NCBI GenBank assembly: GCA_904501735.1 | Contig: CAJGBY010000005.1 | Location: forward strand, 27,660 to 91,659 | Direction: 5' to 3' | Origin: an uncultured Muribaculaceae bacterium | GTDB taxonomy: Bacteria > Bacteroidota > Bacteroidia > Bacteroidales > Muribaculaceae | DNA: 64,000 bases | Part shown: positions 27,044-36,071 of the stretch, piece after piece | Layout of the letters: every line of letters starts with the position of its first letter | How positions within the stretch are numbered: the stretch's first letter is position 1 | Notes under the pieces: model-generated | Databases searched by the model: none | The model's input: the letters and a program-made list of their open reading frames with translations, nothing else | Told to the model about the DNA's origin: nothing | Program-made: the position numbers and the translations under genes

Positions 27044-27171
27044 AAGTTTCGTTTTTTTGTTTGATTGTGATGCAAAAATACATTGCACATATTGCAAACG
27101 CCAAGAAAAACAGTACGCAAATAGTACGCAAATGCGTTTTATCCCATTTAATCGAAGAATTTGGGTGTGTT

Positions 27172-27636
27172 TTAATCGAGGTTACGACCTTCGAAAGCCG
27201 ATAGTTTTTGCTTCCAGTCGTCGGAAATAGGAGCCGACACACCAACTTTCACATCAAAACCTACCATAATCACCACGCATTGGCATTTCACTTCGCCAGT
27301 AGATGTGTTGACAAGTTGTTGAAGAAGTTTCACGCTACGGTCGTGAACATATTCGGCTTGAGTTTGCACCTCGATAGGTTCGTGGAAGTAGATAGGAGCG
27401 AGGTAGTTGCAATTCACATTGGCAACCACCACATTGGCAGTGCGCCAATCCACTGGACCACCATTCACATCGGTGAAATAGGTAGCTTTGCCGAGGTCGA
27501 AGAACTCCATGTAGATGGCGTTGTTGACATGACCAAGAGCATCGATGTCGTTGAAACGAATTTGCACGCCCAAGCGGTGCTTGAATTCAGCCTTAGGCTG
27601 TATATAAAAAGGATTTTTGTTAGCTTTATTTTCCAT
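27172..27636 (-). CDS. Acyl-CoA thioesterase, 4HBT/YbgC-like hotdog fold
   Basis: The start is taken at ATG 27636 (MENKANKNPF...). RFNDIDALGHVNNAIYMEFFD matches the D.D..GHVnN..Y motif. Confidence 0.75.
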   Translation of the reverse strand: MENKANKNPFYIQPKAEFKHRLGVQIRFNDIDALGHVNNAIYMEFFDLGKATYFTDVNGGPVDWRTANVVVANVNCNYLAPIYFHEPIEVQTQAEYVHDRSVKLLQQLVNTSTGEVKCQCVVIMVGFDVKVGVSAPISDDWKQKLSAFEGRNLD

Positions 27637-27652
27637 AAGTTGTAAATGATTT

Positions 27653-27943
27653 CTATCTAAAAACGATGTCGGATATAACTTCGCTACCCACAGCATCGTT
27701 GAGTCGTTTTACGAGAGTTGAGCGTCCCATCATCAATTCGTTGCGCAACACAGCCGACGACAATCGCACATATAGAACGCCGCCTTTCACATATCGGTTC
27801 ACGGTGTAACGATTTACGCCAGGACCCACTACTTCAGCCCACAATTCAGCAGCTCGTAGCTCGTTCATCTTGCCGTCGAGGTGCTCAGTTTCAAGAAGTT
27901 TCTTGATGATGTCGCCAATAGGTTCGGCTTCGGTGCGTTTCAT
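27653..27943 (-). CDS. DUF721 (DciA-like) protein
   Basis: 96 aa. ...LRAAELWAEVVGPGVNRYTVNRYVKGGVLYVRLSSAVLRNEL is the typical DUF721 core. Its start overlaps the recF stop (ATGA), the usual Bacteroidota arrangement. Confidence 0.75.
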   Translation of the reverse strand: MKRTEAEPIGDIIKKLLETEHLDGKMNELRAAELWAEVVGPGVNRYTVNRYVKGGVLYVRLSSAVLRNELMMGRSTLVKRLNDAVGSEVISDIVFR

Positions 27944-29061
27944 AGGCCGTCCTCCTTGTCTTCATTAGGGAGCGACTGTACTACACCACTATTGACCATG
28001 AAAATGCGATAATCGCTTCCCACATATTTCACTATTTCGTCGAGGTGGGTGCGATTGGTATCGGTGATGAATATTTGTCCAAAGTTGTCGCTGTTGCTCA
28101 CCATCGAAATGATGTTTTCAACGCGAGAAGCATCGAGTTTGTCGAAAATATCGTCGAGAAGCAAAATAGGAGTGATTCCACTCACGCGCTTCAAGAAGTC
28201 GTATTGAGCCAATCGCAATGCGATGGTGTAGGTTTTGCATTGTCCTTGCGAGCCAGTTTTGCGCATAGAATGTTGCCCAAGAAGTAGCTCGATGTCGTCG
28301 CGGTGTACGCCGCGCGAAGTGTAACCGATAATCGTATCTCGGTCGCGACATTCGGCAAGCAATTGTGCCATTGGTTTGTCGTTGAGGTGGCTCTTGTATT
28401 CAAGGCTCACAGTCTCGGCGCTGCCCGAAATGGCTTGGTAATAATTCATGAATATAGGCGAGAAATCCTCTACCCAAGCTTTGCGACATTCGTGAATGTA
28501 TTGCCCAGCTGCACACATTTGCTCTTCGACAGTTTCGAAAAGGATAGGGTCGCGATAGCCTTGCTTGATGAGGGCGTTGCGATTTTCGATAGCTTTTCCG
28601 TAACGGATGAGAGCTGCAAGGTATTCGGCATTGCTTTGAGATATAATCATATCCATGAGTCGGCGTCGTTCGTCGCCAGCTCCACGAATAAGTTCCCAAT
28701 CCATAGGCGACACCATCACAGCAGGTAGCAACCCGATGTGTTCGCTCAGTTTCTTGTATTCCTTGCCGTTGCGTTTCATGGTTTTGCGCTTGCCTCGTTG
28801 TAGCGAAAGCGCAATTTCGAGCGGTTCGGCACGACGAGTGTAATCGCCTTTGAGCATCAAGAAGTCGGCATCGTGATGAATAACCATGCTGTCGCCTTGA
28901 TTGATGTAGCTCTTGCTGAAGCTCAAATAATAGATAGCATCGAGAATATTGGTCTTTCCCATGCCATTGTTGCCTATGAAGCAATTCACTTTGGGAGAGA
29001 ACTGCAAAGCAGCTTCCTCGATGTTTTTGAAATTTAAAATTGAAACGCAGTTAAGTATCAT
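27940..29061 (-). CDS. recF: DNA replication and repair protein RecF
   Basis: FKN...FSPKVNCFIGNNGMGKTNILDAIYYLS (Walker A), the signature region GSQGQCKT and Walker B LLLDDIFDKLD. Confidence 0.95.
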   Translation of the reverse strand: MILNCVSILNFKNIEEAALQFSPKVNCFIGNNGMGKTNILDAIYYLSFSKSYINQGDSMVIHHDADFLMLKGDYTRRAEPLEIALSLQRGKRKTMKRNGKEYKKLSEHIGLLPAVMVSPMDWELIRGAGDERRRLMDMIISQSNAEYLAALIRYGKAIENRNALIKQGYRDPILFETVEEQMCAAGQYIHECRKAWVEDFSPIFMNYYQAISGSAETVSLEYKSHLNDKPMAQLLAECRDRDTIIGYTSRGVHRDDIELLLGQHSMRKTGSQGQCKTYTIALRLAQYDFLKRVSGITPILLLDDIFDKLDASRVENIISMVSNSDNFGQIFITDTNRTHLDEIVKYVGSDYRIFMVNSGVVQSLPNEDKEDGL

Positions 29062-29113
29062 AAGTGCAAAGATAGTGTTTATAGCGGGAAATATTTGAAA
29101 AATGAGTCGAAAA

Positions 29114-29145
29114 TTTGCGTTGTGTGGGGTGTTGTACTATCTTTG
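29114..29145 (+). promoter_or_regulatory. Bacteroidetes-type promoter
   Basis: TTTG (29114-17), 20 nt, TATCTTTG (29138-45), upstream of ATG 29212. Confidence 0.45.
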
Positions 29146-29211
29146 TGGATATAAATACCGTAAAAGTAAAAAATACAAAAATATAAATTTATCATTAAAA
29201 CATTTATTTCT

Positions 29212-29919
29212 ATGAGAAAGCAGGTTTTTATATTGATTATGGGGTTGTTGCTGAGCGTGGTAACAGTTAATGCTCAAAATATTCAACTTCATTATGATTT
29301 CGGTAATAATGTTTATGACGAATTAAGCGATCGTGCCAAGATTACCACTACAGTGGAAATGTTCCGTCCTGATAAGTGGGGTAGCACATTCTTCTTTGTA
29401 GATATGGACTATGCTGACAATGCAGTAGCATCGGCTTACTGGGAAATCGCACGCGAATTGAAGTTCTGGGAAGCTCCTGTATCGGCTCATTTGGAATATA
29501 ATGGTGGTCTAAATTATATCAAGAACAGCTATTTGGCTGGTGCAACTTATTCTTATAACAACAAAGATTTTTCAAAGGGATTCACAGTGAGCGCGTTGTA
29601 TAAGTATATCTGTGGCAACGAATCGAAGAACAATTTCCAACTTACTGGTACTTGGTATGTTAATTTTGGTAAGGGTAAGTTCTCGTTCTCAGGATTTGCT
29701 GATTTCTGGCGTGAAAAGCATACCGACAGAGACGGTAACAAGCACGAGTTCACATTTATCACCGAACCTCAATTGTGGTTCAACCTTAATGCACTTGAAT
29801 GTGTTGACAATGATTTCAACCTAAGCGTGGGTACAGAATGGGAAATTTCATCAAACTTTGCATTGAACAAGGGGTGGTACTGGAATCCTACTGTAGCGCT
29901 TAAGTGGACTTTTAAATAA
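29212..29919 (+). CDS. DUF5020-like outer-membrane beta-barrel protein (Tsx-like fold)
   Basis: Signal peptide, then the mature N-terminus QNIQLHYDFGN..., followed by alternating aromatic beta-strands ending ...VALKWTF(K). Confidence 0.65.
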   Translation: MRKQVFILIMGLLLSVVTVNAQNIQLHYDFGNNVYDELSDRAKITTTVEMFRPDKWGSTFFFVDMDYADNAVASAYWEIARELKFWEAPVSAHLEYNGGLNYIKNSYLAGATYSYNNKDFSKGFTVSALYKYICGNESKNNFQLTGTWYVNFGKGKFSFSGFADFWREKHTDRDGNKHEFTFITEPQLWFNLNALECVDNDFNLSVGTEWEISSNFALNKGWYWNPTVALKWTFK

Positions 29920-29940
29920 AAAATAAACAAAGCAAATAGA

Positions 29941-30894
29941 ATGAAAACATTTGTAAATGTAGAAGATATAGGCGACTTGAAGGCCGCAGTGAAAGAGGCT
30001 CTTGAAGTGAAAGCTAATCGCTTTGGCTACAAGTCACTTGGTGAGAACAAAACATTGTTGATGGTGTTTTTTAACTCGTCGTTGCGCACTCGCTTGAGTA
30101 CACAAAAAGCAGCTATGAACCTCGGTATGAATGTGATAGTGCTCGATGTTAATCAAGGTGCATGGAAACTTGAAACCGAACGCGGTGTGATCATGGATAG
30201 CGATAAGAGCGAACACTTGCTCGAAGCTATTCCAGTGATGGGAAGCTATTGCGATGTGATAGGCGTGCGTTCGTTTGCTCGTTTTGAGAACAAGAAAGAT
30301 GATTACGAAGAAAAGATTCTTCAACAATTCATTCAATATTCAGGAAAGCCAGTGTTTGCAATGGAAACTGCCACAGTTCACCCACTACAAGCATTTGCCG
30401 ACCTCATTACAATCGAAGAATTCAAGAAGGTGGAACGCCCTAAGGTGGTGCTTACTTGGGCTCCTCACCCAAAAGCACTTCCACAAGCAGTGCCAAATTC
30501 ATTTGCACAATGGATGGATGCTACCGACTACGATTTTGTGATAACTCACCCAAAGGGTTACGAACTTGATCCTAAGTTTGCAGGCAATGCTCGCATCGAG
30601 TACGATCAAGATAAGGCTCTCGAAGGTGCCGATTTCGTGTATGCAAAGAACTGGAGTGCCTATACCGATCCTAACTACGGACAAATACTCTGCAAGGACA
30701 TGTCGTGGACAGTAACTACTGAGAAGATGGCGCTCACCAACAATGCTTTCTTTATGCATTGCTTACCTGTGCGTCGCAATATGATAGTGAGCGATGATGT
30801 AATCGAAAGTGCACAATCAATTGTGATTCCAGAGGCTGCCAATCGTGAGATTTCGGCTCAAGTGGTGTTGAAACGCATTTTGGAACAACTATAA
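29941..30894 (+). CDS. argF': N-succinyl-L-ornithine carbamoyltransferase (Bacteroidetes argF' type)
   Basis: FFNSSLRTRLS (carbamoyl-phosphate site), HPLQAFADL and FMHCLPVRRN motifs are present. Overall it is near-collinear with the Bacteroides fragilis ArgF' sequence as I remember it (VIVLD.NQGAWKLETERGVIMD, PEAANREISA.VVLKR.LE). Confidence 0.9.
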   Translation: MKTFVNVEDIGDLKAAVKEALEVKANRFGYKSLGENKTLLMVFFNSSLRTRLSTQKAAMNLGMNVIVLDVNQGAWKLETERGVIMDSDKSEHLLEAIPVMGSYCDVIGVRSFARFENKKDDYEEKILQQFIQYSGKPVFAMETATVHPLQAFADLITIEEFKKVERPKVVLTWAPHPKALPQAVPNSFAQWMDATDYDFVITHPKGYELDPKFAGNARIEYDQDKALEGADFVYAKNWSAYTDPNYGQILCKDMSWTVTTEKMALTNNAFFMHCLPVRRNMIVSDDVIESAQSIVIPEAANREISAQVVLKRILEQL

Positions 30895-30905
30895 GAGGCG
30901 TCGCT

Positions 30906-32108
30906 ATGGTGCGTGTAGGTTGGATTGTCGCAATGATGCTTGTTGTGGCATCGTCGGCAATGGCTCAGGTGGCTGACTTTAAGAAATGGAGTGAAGGCAT
31001 GCTTTCGTGGGACGATTTCAGAGGTTCTAAAGTGGAAGAAAATGCCTCATCGTCACACTTGGCAGCAGCGCTCACTACTGTGTCGAAAGAAGAGGTCAAA
31101 AATGGCAATGTATTACACTATCGCATCACAGCCGAAGCATCGATGAGTAGAAGTGAGTCGTATGCCGATAGTGATGTGAGAAGTGAACGCAAGTTGCGAT
31201 ATTACCAATTGATGTTTGACCAATTGGAGATATATCGTCGTCGCTTGCAGAACGAACTCAACACAGGAATAAATGGATTGGAAGCCGATCGCCGATTGGC
31301 TCACTATCGTTCGCAATACAAAGACCAAGTGCGAACTATCGAGCGCGAAACAGCCCATGGTTCCAATGATAAGAAACTTCAAGAGTGGGAATATTTCACC
31401 CGAAAGGATCTTGAGGAAATGGGATTGCCTGGTGTGCCCGAATTTGTGCCAGGTGATTGGAGTTATGGCTTGTATTTGGGGCTTGGAGGCTCGTTTGTTA
31501 CTAAATATATCAACAACTATTTCGGTAATTGCGCCACATTTACAGCCGGTATAACAGCCAGCTATAAGAGAGTGGCGTTGAAAGCCGATGTAGCGTATGG
31601 TCAGCCAAGTTTTAAGAATCGCAATGTGTTTGGCGCCAAAGTAACCACAGCCGATGGTGTGGTGCGTGATGCACAAGGCCCAATGAACAATTGCGCATCA
31701 CTATTGTCGGTAGGAGCAGCAGTGGGATTCACTGTTGTTGATAGCGAACGCATAGCTATCACACCTTATGCAGGAGTGTACTGGAGTGGCTACTCATGGA
31801 ATATGGCTAATCTTGACTGGGTGTATAATGACGAAAAGCGAGAATATGTGAGCAAGGTGAAAAACACGGTGAGCGCACAAATTAATAATGTTGGCTGGCA
31901 AGCCGGAGTCGATTTCGACATAAAATTACATCGATATGTGTCGTCGACCCCATTGCTATTTAGCGGACAGCGCGAACAATACACCTCATCGTTGCGTATC
32001 ACACCTTTTGTGATGTATGCCGATTATAAGAAAATTGCTACTAAGGGCTATCATCTTGGCGTTGCTGTGACCTACTCGGGTATAGCACGAGCGCTAAAGA
32101 TGGAGTAA
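30906..32108 (+). CDS. Hypothetical exported protein: DUF922-like N-domain plus predicted beta-barrel C-domain
   Basis: Signal peptide MVRVGWIVAMMLVVASSAMAQ. LSWDDFRG resembles the start of DUF922. The C-terminal 200 aa have alternating hydrophobic/aromatic strands. Confidence 0.55.
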   Translation: MVRVGWIVAMMLVVASSAMAQVADFKKWSEGMLSWDDFRGSKVEENASSSHLAAALTTVSKEEVKNGNVLHYRITAEASMSRSESYADSDVRSERKLRYYQLMFDQLEIYRRRLQNELNTGINGLEADRRLAHYRSQYKDQVRTIERETAHGSNDKKLQEWEYFTRKDLEEMGLPGVPEFVPGDWSYGLYLGLGGSFVTKYINNYFGNCATFTAGITASYKRVALKADVAYGQPSFKNRNVFGAKVTTADGVVRDAQGPMNNCASLLSVGAAVGFTVVDSERIAITPYAGVYWSGYSWNMANLDWVYNDEKREYVSKVKNTVSAQINNVGWQAGVDFDIKLHRYVSSTPLLFSGQREQYTSSLRITPFVMYADYKKIATKGYHLGVAVTYSGIARALKME

Positions 32109-32116
32109 TTAGTATT

Positions 32117-32148
32117 TTTGTGTGAACGGCGGTTTTTTCGTAAATTTG
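32117..32148 (+). promoter_or_regulatory. Bacteroidetes-type promoter
   Basis: TTTG (32117-20), 20 nt, TAAATTTG (32141-48), upstream of ATG 32210. Confidence 0.45.
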
Positions 32149-32209
32149 CACCGATTTTGTAAATTGCCCCTAAATATGTGGGCTTAAAAGACTTAAAATA
32201 TAGATAAAA

Positions 32210-33043
32210 ATGGAAGAATCACCAATTAAACCGAATGTACTCGACTATGATGATATAAGAAAAATGGTGCCTTTCTTTGAAGGTAAGCCAAAACTTGTCA
32301 ATTTCTTATTTAAGCTACTTAAAGTAGACAAAATCAACGGGTTACATTCGAACAATTATAAGACACCAGGTGCGCCTTTTACTAAGGGCGTGTTAAAAGA
32401 CCTTGATATTACTCTTGAGGTGGAAGGCAAGGAAGTGCTTGATTCACTGCCAGAAGGAGCATTTATCACAGTGTCAAATCACCCATTTGGAGCCCTTGAC
32501 GGTATTATCTTGATCAGTGAGCTTGCTTCACGCCGCCAAGACTACAAGGTGATGGTGAACCTTATATTGAACTATATCACAGCTATGCGTCAAAACTTCA
32601 TCGCAGTCGACCCTGTGGCAAGTAGCGATCCTGCCAAGAAGGCTGTGAGCATGAAGGGTATTCGTGAAGCTATGCTACATGTGAAGAAGGGACATCCAAT
32701 AGGATTCTTCCCTGCAGGTTCGGTAGCTAAGATCAATGGTAAGTTTGAAGTAGACGACCGTGATTGGCAACCTACTATTATTCGCCTTATCCAACAGCTT
32801 AAAGTGCCTGTTGTACCTATCTATTTCCAAGGTTACAACTCAATGTTGAGCTATGTGATGGGTCGTATATGTTGGCCTTTGCGCTCGTTGATGCTTCCAA
32901 GCGAAGTGTTCCGTAAGAAGGGTGCGCACATGAAGATGAGTGTGGGTAAGCCTATCAGCGTGGAAGAACAAGCTAAATATAAGAGCGTAGAAGAACTTAC
33001 AAAATTCTTAAAAGATTCTACATTTGCGTTAAAAGATAAGTAA
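32210..33043 (+). CDS. Lysophospholipid/1-acyl-glycerol-3-phosphate acyltransferase family protein (PlsC-like)
   Basis: VSNHPFGALDG contains the HX4D acyltransferase motif, and GFFPAG resembles motif III. Its stop overlaps the next start (TAATG). Confidence 0.8.
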   Translation: MEESPIKPNVLDYDDIRKMVPFFEGKPKLVNFLFKLLKVDKINGLHSNNYKTPGAPFTKGVLKDLDITLEVEGKEVLDSLPEGAFITVSNHPFGALDGIILISELASRRQDYKVMVNLILNYITAMRQNFIAVDPVASSDPAKKAVSMKGIREAMLHVKKGHPIGFFPAGSVAKINGKFEVDDRDWQPTIIRLIQQLKVPVVPIYFQGYNSMLSYVMGRICWPLRSLMLPSEVFRKKGAHMKMSVGKPISVEEQAKYKSVEELTKFLKDSTFALKDK

Positions 33044-34302
33044 TGGGCGATTTGTCACAGGACATATTAAGAGCAAAACAGCGATTTTCGATTATCGGTA
33101 CGGCAAAAGCCCTCGATAATGCGTTGGGGCGTGCCATTCAGGTGGCACCTATCGACTTGTCGGTGCTTGTGTTGGGCGAAAGTGGTTCGGGAAAAGAGTT
33201 TTTCCCAAAGGTAATTCACGAGTTCAGCAAGCGCAAGCATAGTCGTTACATTGCGGTGAACTGTGGTGCATTGCCTGAAGGCACAATCGACTCTGAGTTG
33301 TTTGGGCATGTAAAAGGATCGTTTACATCGGCAACATCCGATCGTAAGGGCTACTTTGAAGAAGCCGACGGCGGAACAATCTTCCTTGATGAAGTGGGCG
33401 AATTGCCACTCACTACGCAAGCTCGATTGCTGAGAGTGCTTGAAAGTGGCGAATTTTTGCGCGTTGGTTCGTCGGAAGTGCGCAAGACCAATGTGCGCAT
33501 AGTGGCTGCAACAAACAAAGACTTGATAAAAGCCGTAGCAAAGCGCGAATTCCGTGAGGACTTGTATTATCGTTTGTCGACAATCATAATCTCGGTTCCA
33601 CCATTGCGTGAACGAGGCAACGACATTCTGCTACTTACTCGAAAATTTGCGGGCGATTTTGCCGAAAAGAATCGTATGCCTAATGTAACGCTTCTCGATG
33701 GTGCAAAGAATGTGCTATTGAGTTATCGCTGGCCAGGAAATGTGCGTCAATTGAAGAATGTTATCGAACAATTGTCGCTTTTTGAGGCTGGTAAGAATGT
33801 GGACGAACAACAACTGAAGATTTATTTGCCTAATTATAATAGCAACGATTCGAAGCCAGTGGTGGCATCGCAAACATCGTTCAACTACAGTCAAGAACGC
33901 GAAATGCTATTCAAGATGCTGTTCAAGATGCAACACGAGATAGATGAGTTGCGAGCAAAGTTGGACGAAGAACAAAGTGGCACTCCATCGCGCCACCTCG
34001 AAACGCCATCGGTTAATGAAGGCAATGTGAAGCATCCATCGTTCATTCGCAACTACCCTACGCAAGCAGCGCATAACACCAATGAGGTGGAATATAGCGA
34101 GGTGCTTGCCGACGACATCGAAACGGTAGATGTGGAGCGTGTGGAAGAGGCAAAACCTTCAATGACACTTGAAGATACTGAGCGTGAAACAATAAAGCGT
34201 TCGCTCGAACGCAATGGCGGTAAGCGTCGCAAGGCTGCCGAAGAATTGCAAATCTCGGAGCGCACTCTTTATCGCAAAATAAAGGAATATGGACTTGAAT
34301 AA
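33043..34302 (+). CDS. Sigma-54-dependent transcriptional activator (AAA+ plus Fis-type HTH) without N-terminal sensor/receiver domain
   Basis: Walker A GESGSGKE, DSELFGHVKGSFTSA (GAFTGA-loop variant), Walker B GGTIFLDEVGEL, R-finger region RVIAATN-like (RIVAATNKDL), and a C-terminal HTH RKAAEELQISERTLYRKIKEYGL. The AAA+ domain begins within ~15 aa of the start. Confidence 0.9.
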   Translation: MGDLSQDILRAKQRFSIIGTAKALDNALGRAIQVAPIDLSVLVLGESGSGKEFFPKVIHEFSKRKHSRYIAVNCGALPEGTIDSELFGHVKGSFTSATSDRKGYFEEADGGTIFLDEVGELPLTTQARLLRVLESGEFLRVGSSEVRKTNVRIVAATNKDLIKAVAKREFREDLYYRLSTIIISVPPLRERGNDILLLTRKFAGDFAEKNRMPNVTLLDGAKNVLLSYRWPGNVRQLKNVIEQLSLFEAGKNVDEQQLKIYLPNYNSNDSKPVVASQTSFNYSQEREMLFKMLFKMQHEIDELRAKLDEEQSGTPSRHLETPSVNEGNVKHPSFIRNYPTQAAHNTNEVEYSEVLADDIETVDVERVEEAKPSMTLEDTERETIKRSLERNGGKRRKAAEELQISERTLYRKIKEYGLE

Positions 34303-34345
34303 GTGCCATAAGACGACCAGAAACAATAAAAAACGATAGCGAACA

Positions 34346-34855
34346 ATGATAAAGCGTCTATTTACTCTCATATCATTAATTGTGATTATGCAGGCTTGTA
34401 GCATTAGCTATAAGTTTAATGGTGCTGCGCTCGATTATACGATATATAAGACTATCTCGATATCGCAATTCCCAATTCGCGCTGCATTGGTGTACCCTCC
34501 TTTGCAACAAACTTTTGAGAATCAACTTACCGAGATGATTGAACGCCAAACTCGTTTGCGCGTGATGGATTCGGGCAACACCGATCTACGCATTGAGGGC
34601 GAAATCACTGGATATTCGTTGAGCCCACAAGCAGTAAATGAGAACGCTTATGCTTCGCAAACTCGTCTCACAATCACTGTGAGAGTGAAATATATCGACA
34701 ACAAGAATGATGGTCAAGAAATCGACCAAACATTCTCGGCTTATCGCGACTTCTCAAGCAATGAAATGCTTACCGATGTGCAAGATGAGCTATGTACGCA
34801 GATAAGTAAGGAACTTGCCGACCTTATCTTCAATGCTACGATAGGTAACTGGTAA
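34346..34855 (+). CDS. LptE-like lipoprotein
   Basis: Lipobox LIVIMQAC followed by SISYKFNG. The size and the ...RIEGEITGYSL...RLTITVRVKY pattern resemble Bacteroidota LptE-family proteins. Confidence 0.5.
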   Translation: MIKRLFTLISLIVIMQACSISYKFNGAALDYTIYKTISISQFPIRAALVYPPLQQTFENQLTEMIERQTRLRVMDSGNTDLRIEGEITGYSLSPQAVNENAYASQTRLTITVRVKYIDNKNDGQEIDQTFSAYRDFSSNEMLTDVQDELCTQISKELADLIFNATIGNW

Positions 34856-34870
34856 AAAGAACGGGACACT

Positions 34871-35617
34871 ATGAGTATTGCCGACGACATAAAAGATATG
34901 CTTGCCAATCAGGATCGTAAAATCGATCGAGAATGGTTGCAGAAAGCGCAAGAGGAATATCCTTATTTCACCTTGCCCGTGTTGATGTATCTGCAACGCA
35001 ACATGGATGCTGAAGGGCTCGATGAGGAACTTCTTGGAAAGTTGGCAATCGCTACACCCGATCGCAAAGCACTTTATGCAATACTTGGCGACGATGCGGC
35101 AAAGTTTGCGTCATTCTATCCAGCTGAGCCAGAGCCCGTGCAACTCGACACCGATTCAACACTCGACACATTTCTTGCTACCTATGGCAATAGTGATGAA
35201 AAGGAAATAGAGTTGCTCAACAAGATGATTTTCAATCCAGTGCCCGACTATGCACAAATGCTTGCAGCCGAGGAAGAGCGTAGTGCTCCTAAGGTGGATG
35301 CAGCGCAAAGCGAGGAAGATGCACTTATCAATAGTTTCATCTTGAAAACTAAAGAGCGACCAGGCTATTTTCCAACCGAAAAAACTGCTGAAAGTGAGCC
35401 TGTAAGTGCCGAAACCGAATCAGAGCCAATTGATATGCCTGTGGTGATAGATGACTCGATGTTGAGCGAAAGCCTTGCCAAAATTTACATAAAACAAGGC
35501 AAATATGCCAAGGCACTTGAAATTATAACGACTATAAGTTTGAAATTTCCAGAAAAAAGTATTTACTTTGCAGACCAAATTCGTTTTTTGCGAAAATTAG
35601 TAAAATTGAAACAATAA
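34871..35617 (+). CDS. Hypothetical protein (acidic, TPR-like C-terminus)
   Basis: The ORF has coding-like composition. The C-terminus LAKIYIKQGKYAKALEIITTISLKFPEKSIYFADQIRFL is TPR-like. No family is recognised. Confidence 0.55.
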   Translation: MSIADDIKDMLANQDRKIDREWLQKAQEEYPYFTLPVLMYLQRNMDAEGLDEELLGKLAIATPDRKALYAILGDDAAKFASFYPAEPEPVQLDTDSTLDTFLATYGNSDEKEIELLNKMIFNPVPDYAQMLAAEEERSAPKVDAAQSEEDALINSFILKTKERPGYFPTEKTAESEPVSAETESEPIDMPVVIDDSMLSESLAKIYIKQGKYAKALEIITTISLKFPEKSIYFADQIRFLRKLVKLKQ

Positions 35618-35633
35618 AAACAACAAATAAGTT

Positions 35634-35960
35634 ATGTACATTTTTTTAAGTATTCTTATTCTTCTTGCCGCACTATTGATGATCGGCGCAGTACTAATTC
35701 AAAAGTCAAAGGGTGGAGGTCTTGCTTCTAACTTCTCTGGCGCAAATCAAGTAATGGGTGTTCGCAAGTCGACTGATTTCATCGAAAAGGCAACTTGGAC
35801 ACTTGCAATTTTCATCGTGGTGTGCAGCATTATTTCTTCTTTCTTCATCAATGACACATTGGTGCAAGGTAGTAGAATAGTTCAACAGCCAGTTCAACAA
35901 GAACAAAGCACTCCATTTGCTACAGAACAAGCTCCTGTAGCTGCTGATTCAGTTAAGTAA
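35634..35960 (+). CDS. secG: Preprotein translocase subunit SecG
   Basis: MYIFLSILILLAALLMIGAVLIQKSKGGGLASNFSG is the typical SecG N-terminus. There is a second TM (TWTLAIFIVVCSIISSFF). Confidence 0.85.
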   Translation: MYIFLSILILLAALLMIGAVLIQKSKGGGLASNFSGANQVMGVRKSTDFIEKATWTLAIFIVVCSIISSFFINDTLVQGSRIVQQPVQQEQSTPFATEQAPVAADSVK

Positions 35961-35988
35961 GAAAGCGAGCGCTTTTAGTTGACATATA

Positions 35989-36040
35989 TAGCGACGGTAC
36001 ACACGATTATTCAGTTGTGCGGTCGCTTTTGTCGTATACA
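35989..36040 (+). terminator. Probable terminator after secG
   Basis: Imperfect long hairpin AGCGACGGTACAC...TTGTGCGGTCGCT followed by TTTTGT. Confidence 0.45.
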
Positions 36041-36071
36041 TATATAGGAAATTAACACTTAAGATATTACT

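Noticed and set aside
29144-29152. DnaA-box-like TGTGGATAT next to recF
   Set aside because: It is a single 8/9 match with no clustered boxes and no AT-rich unwinding element. It also overlaps the TATCTTTG -7 promoter box, which explains the sequence.
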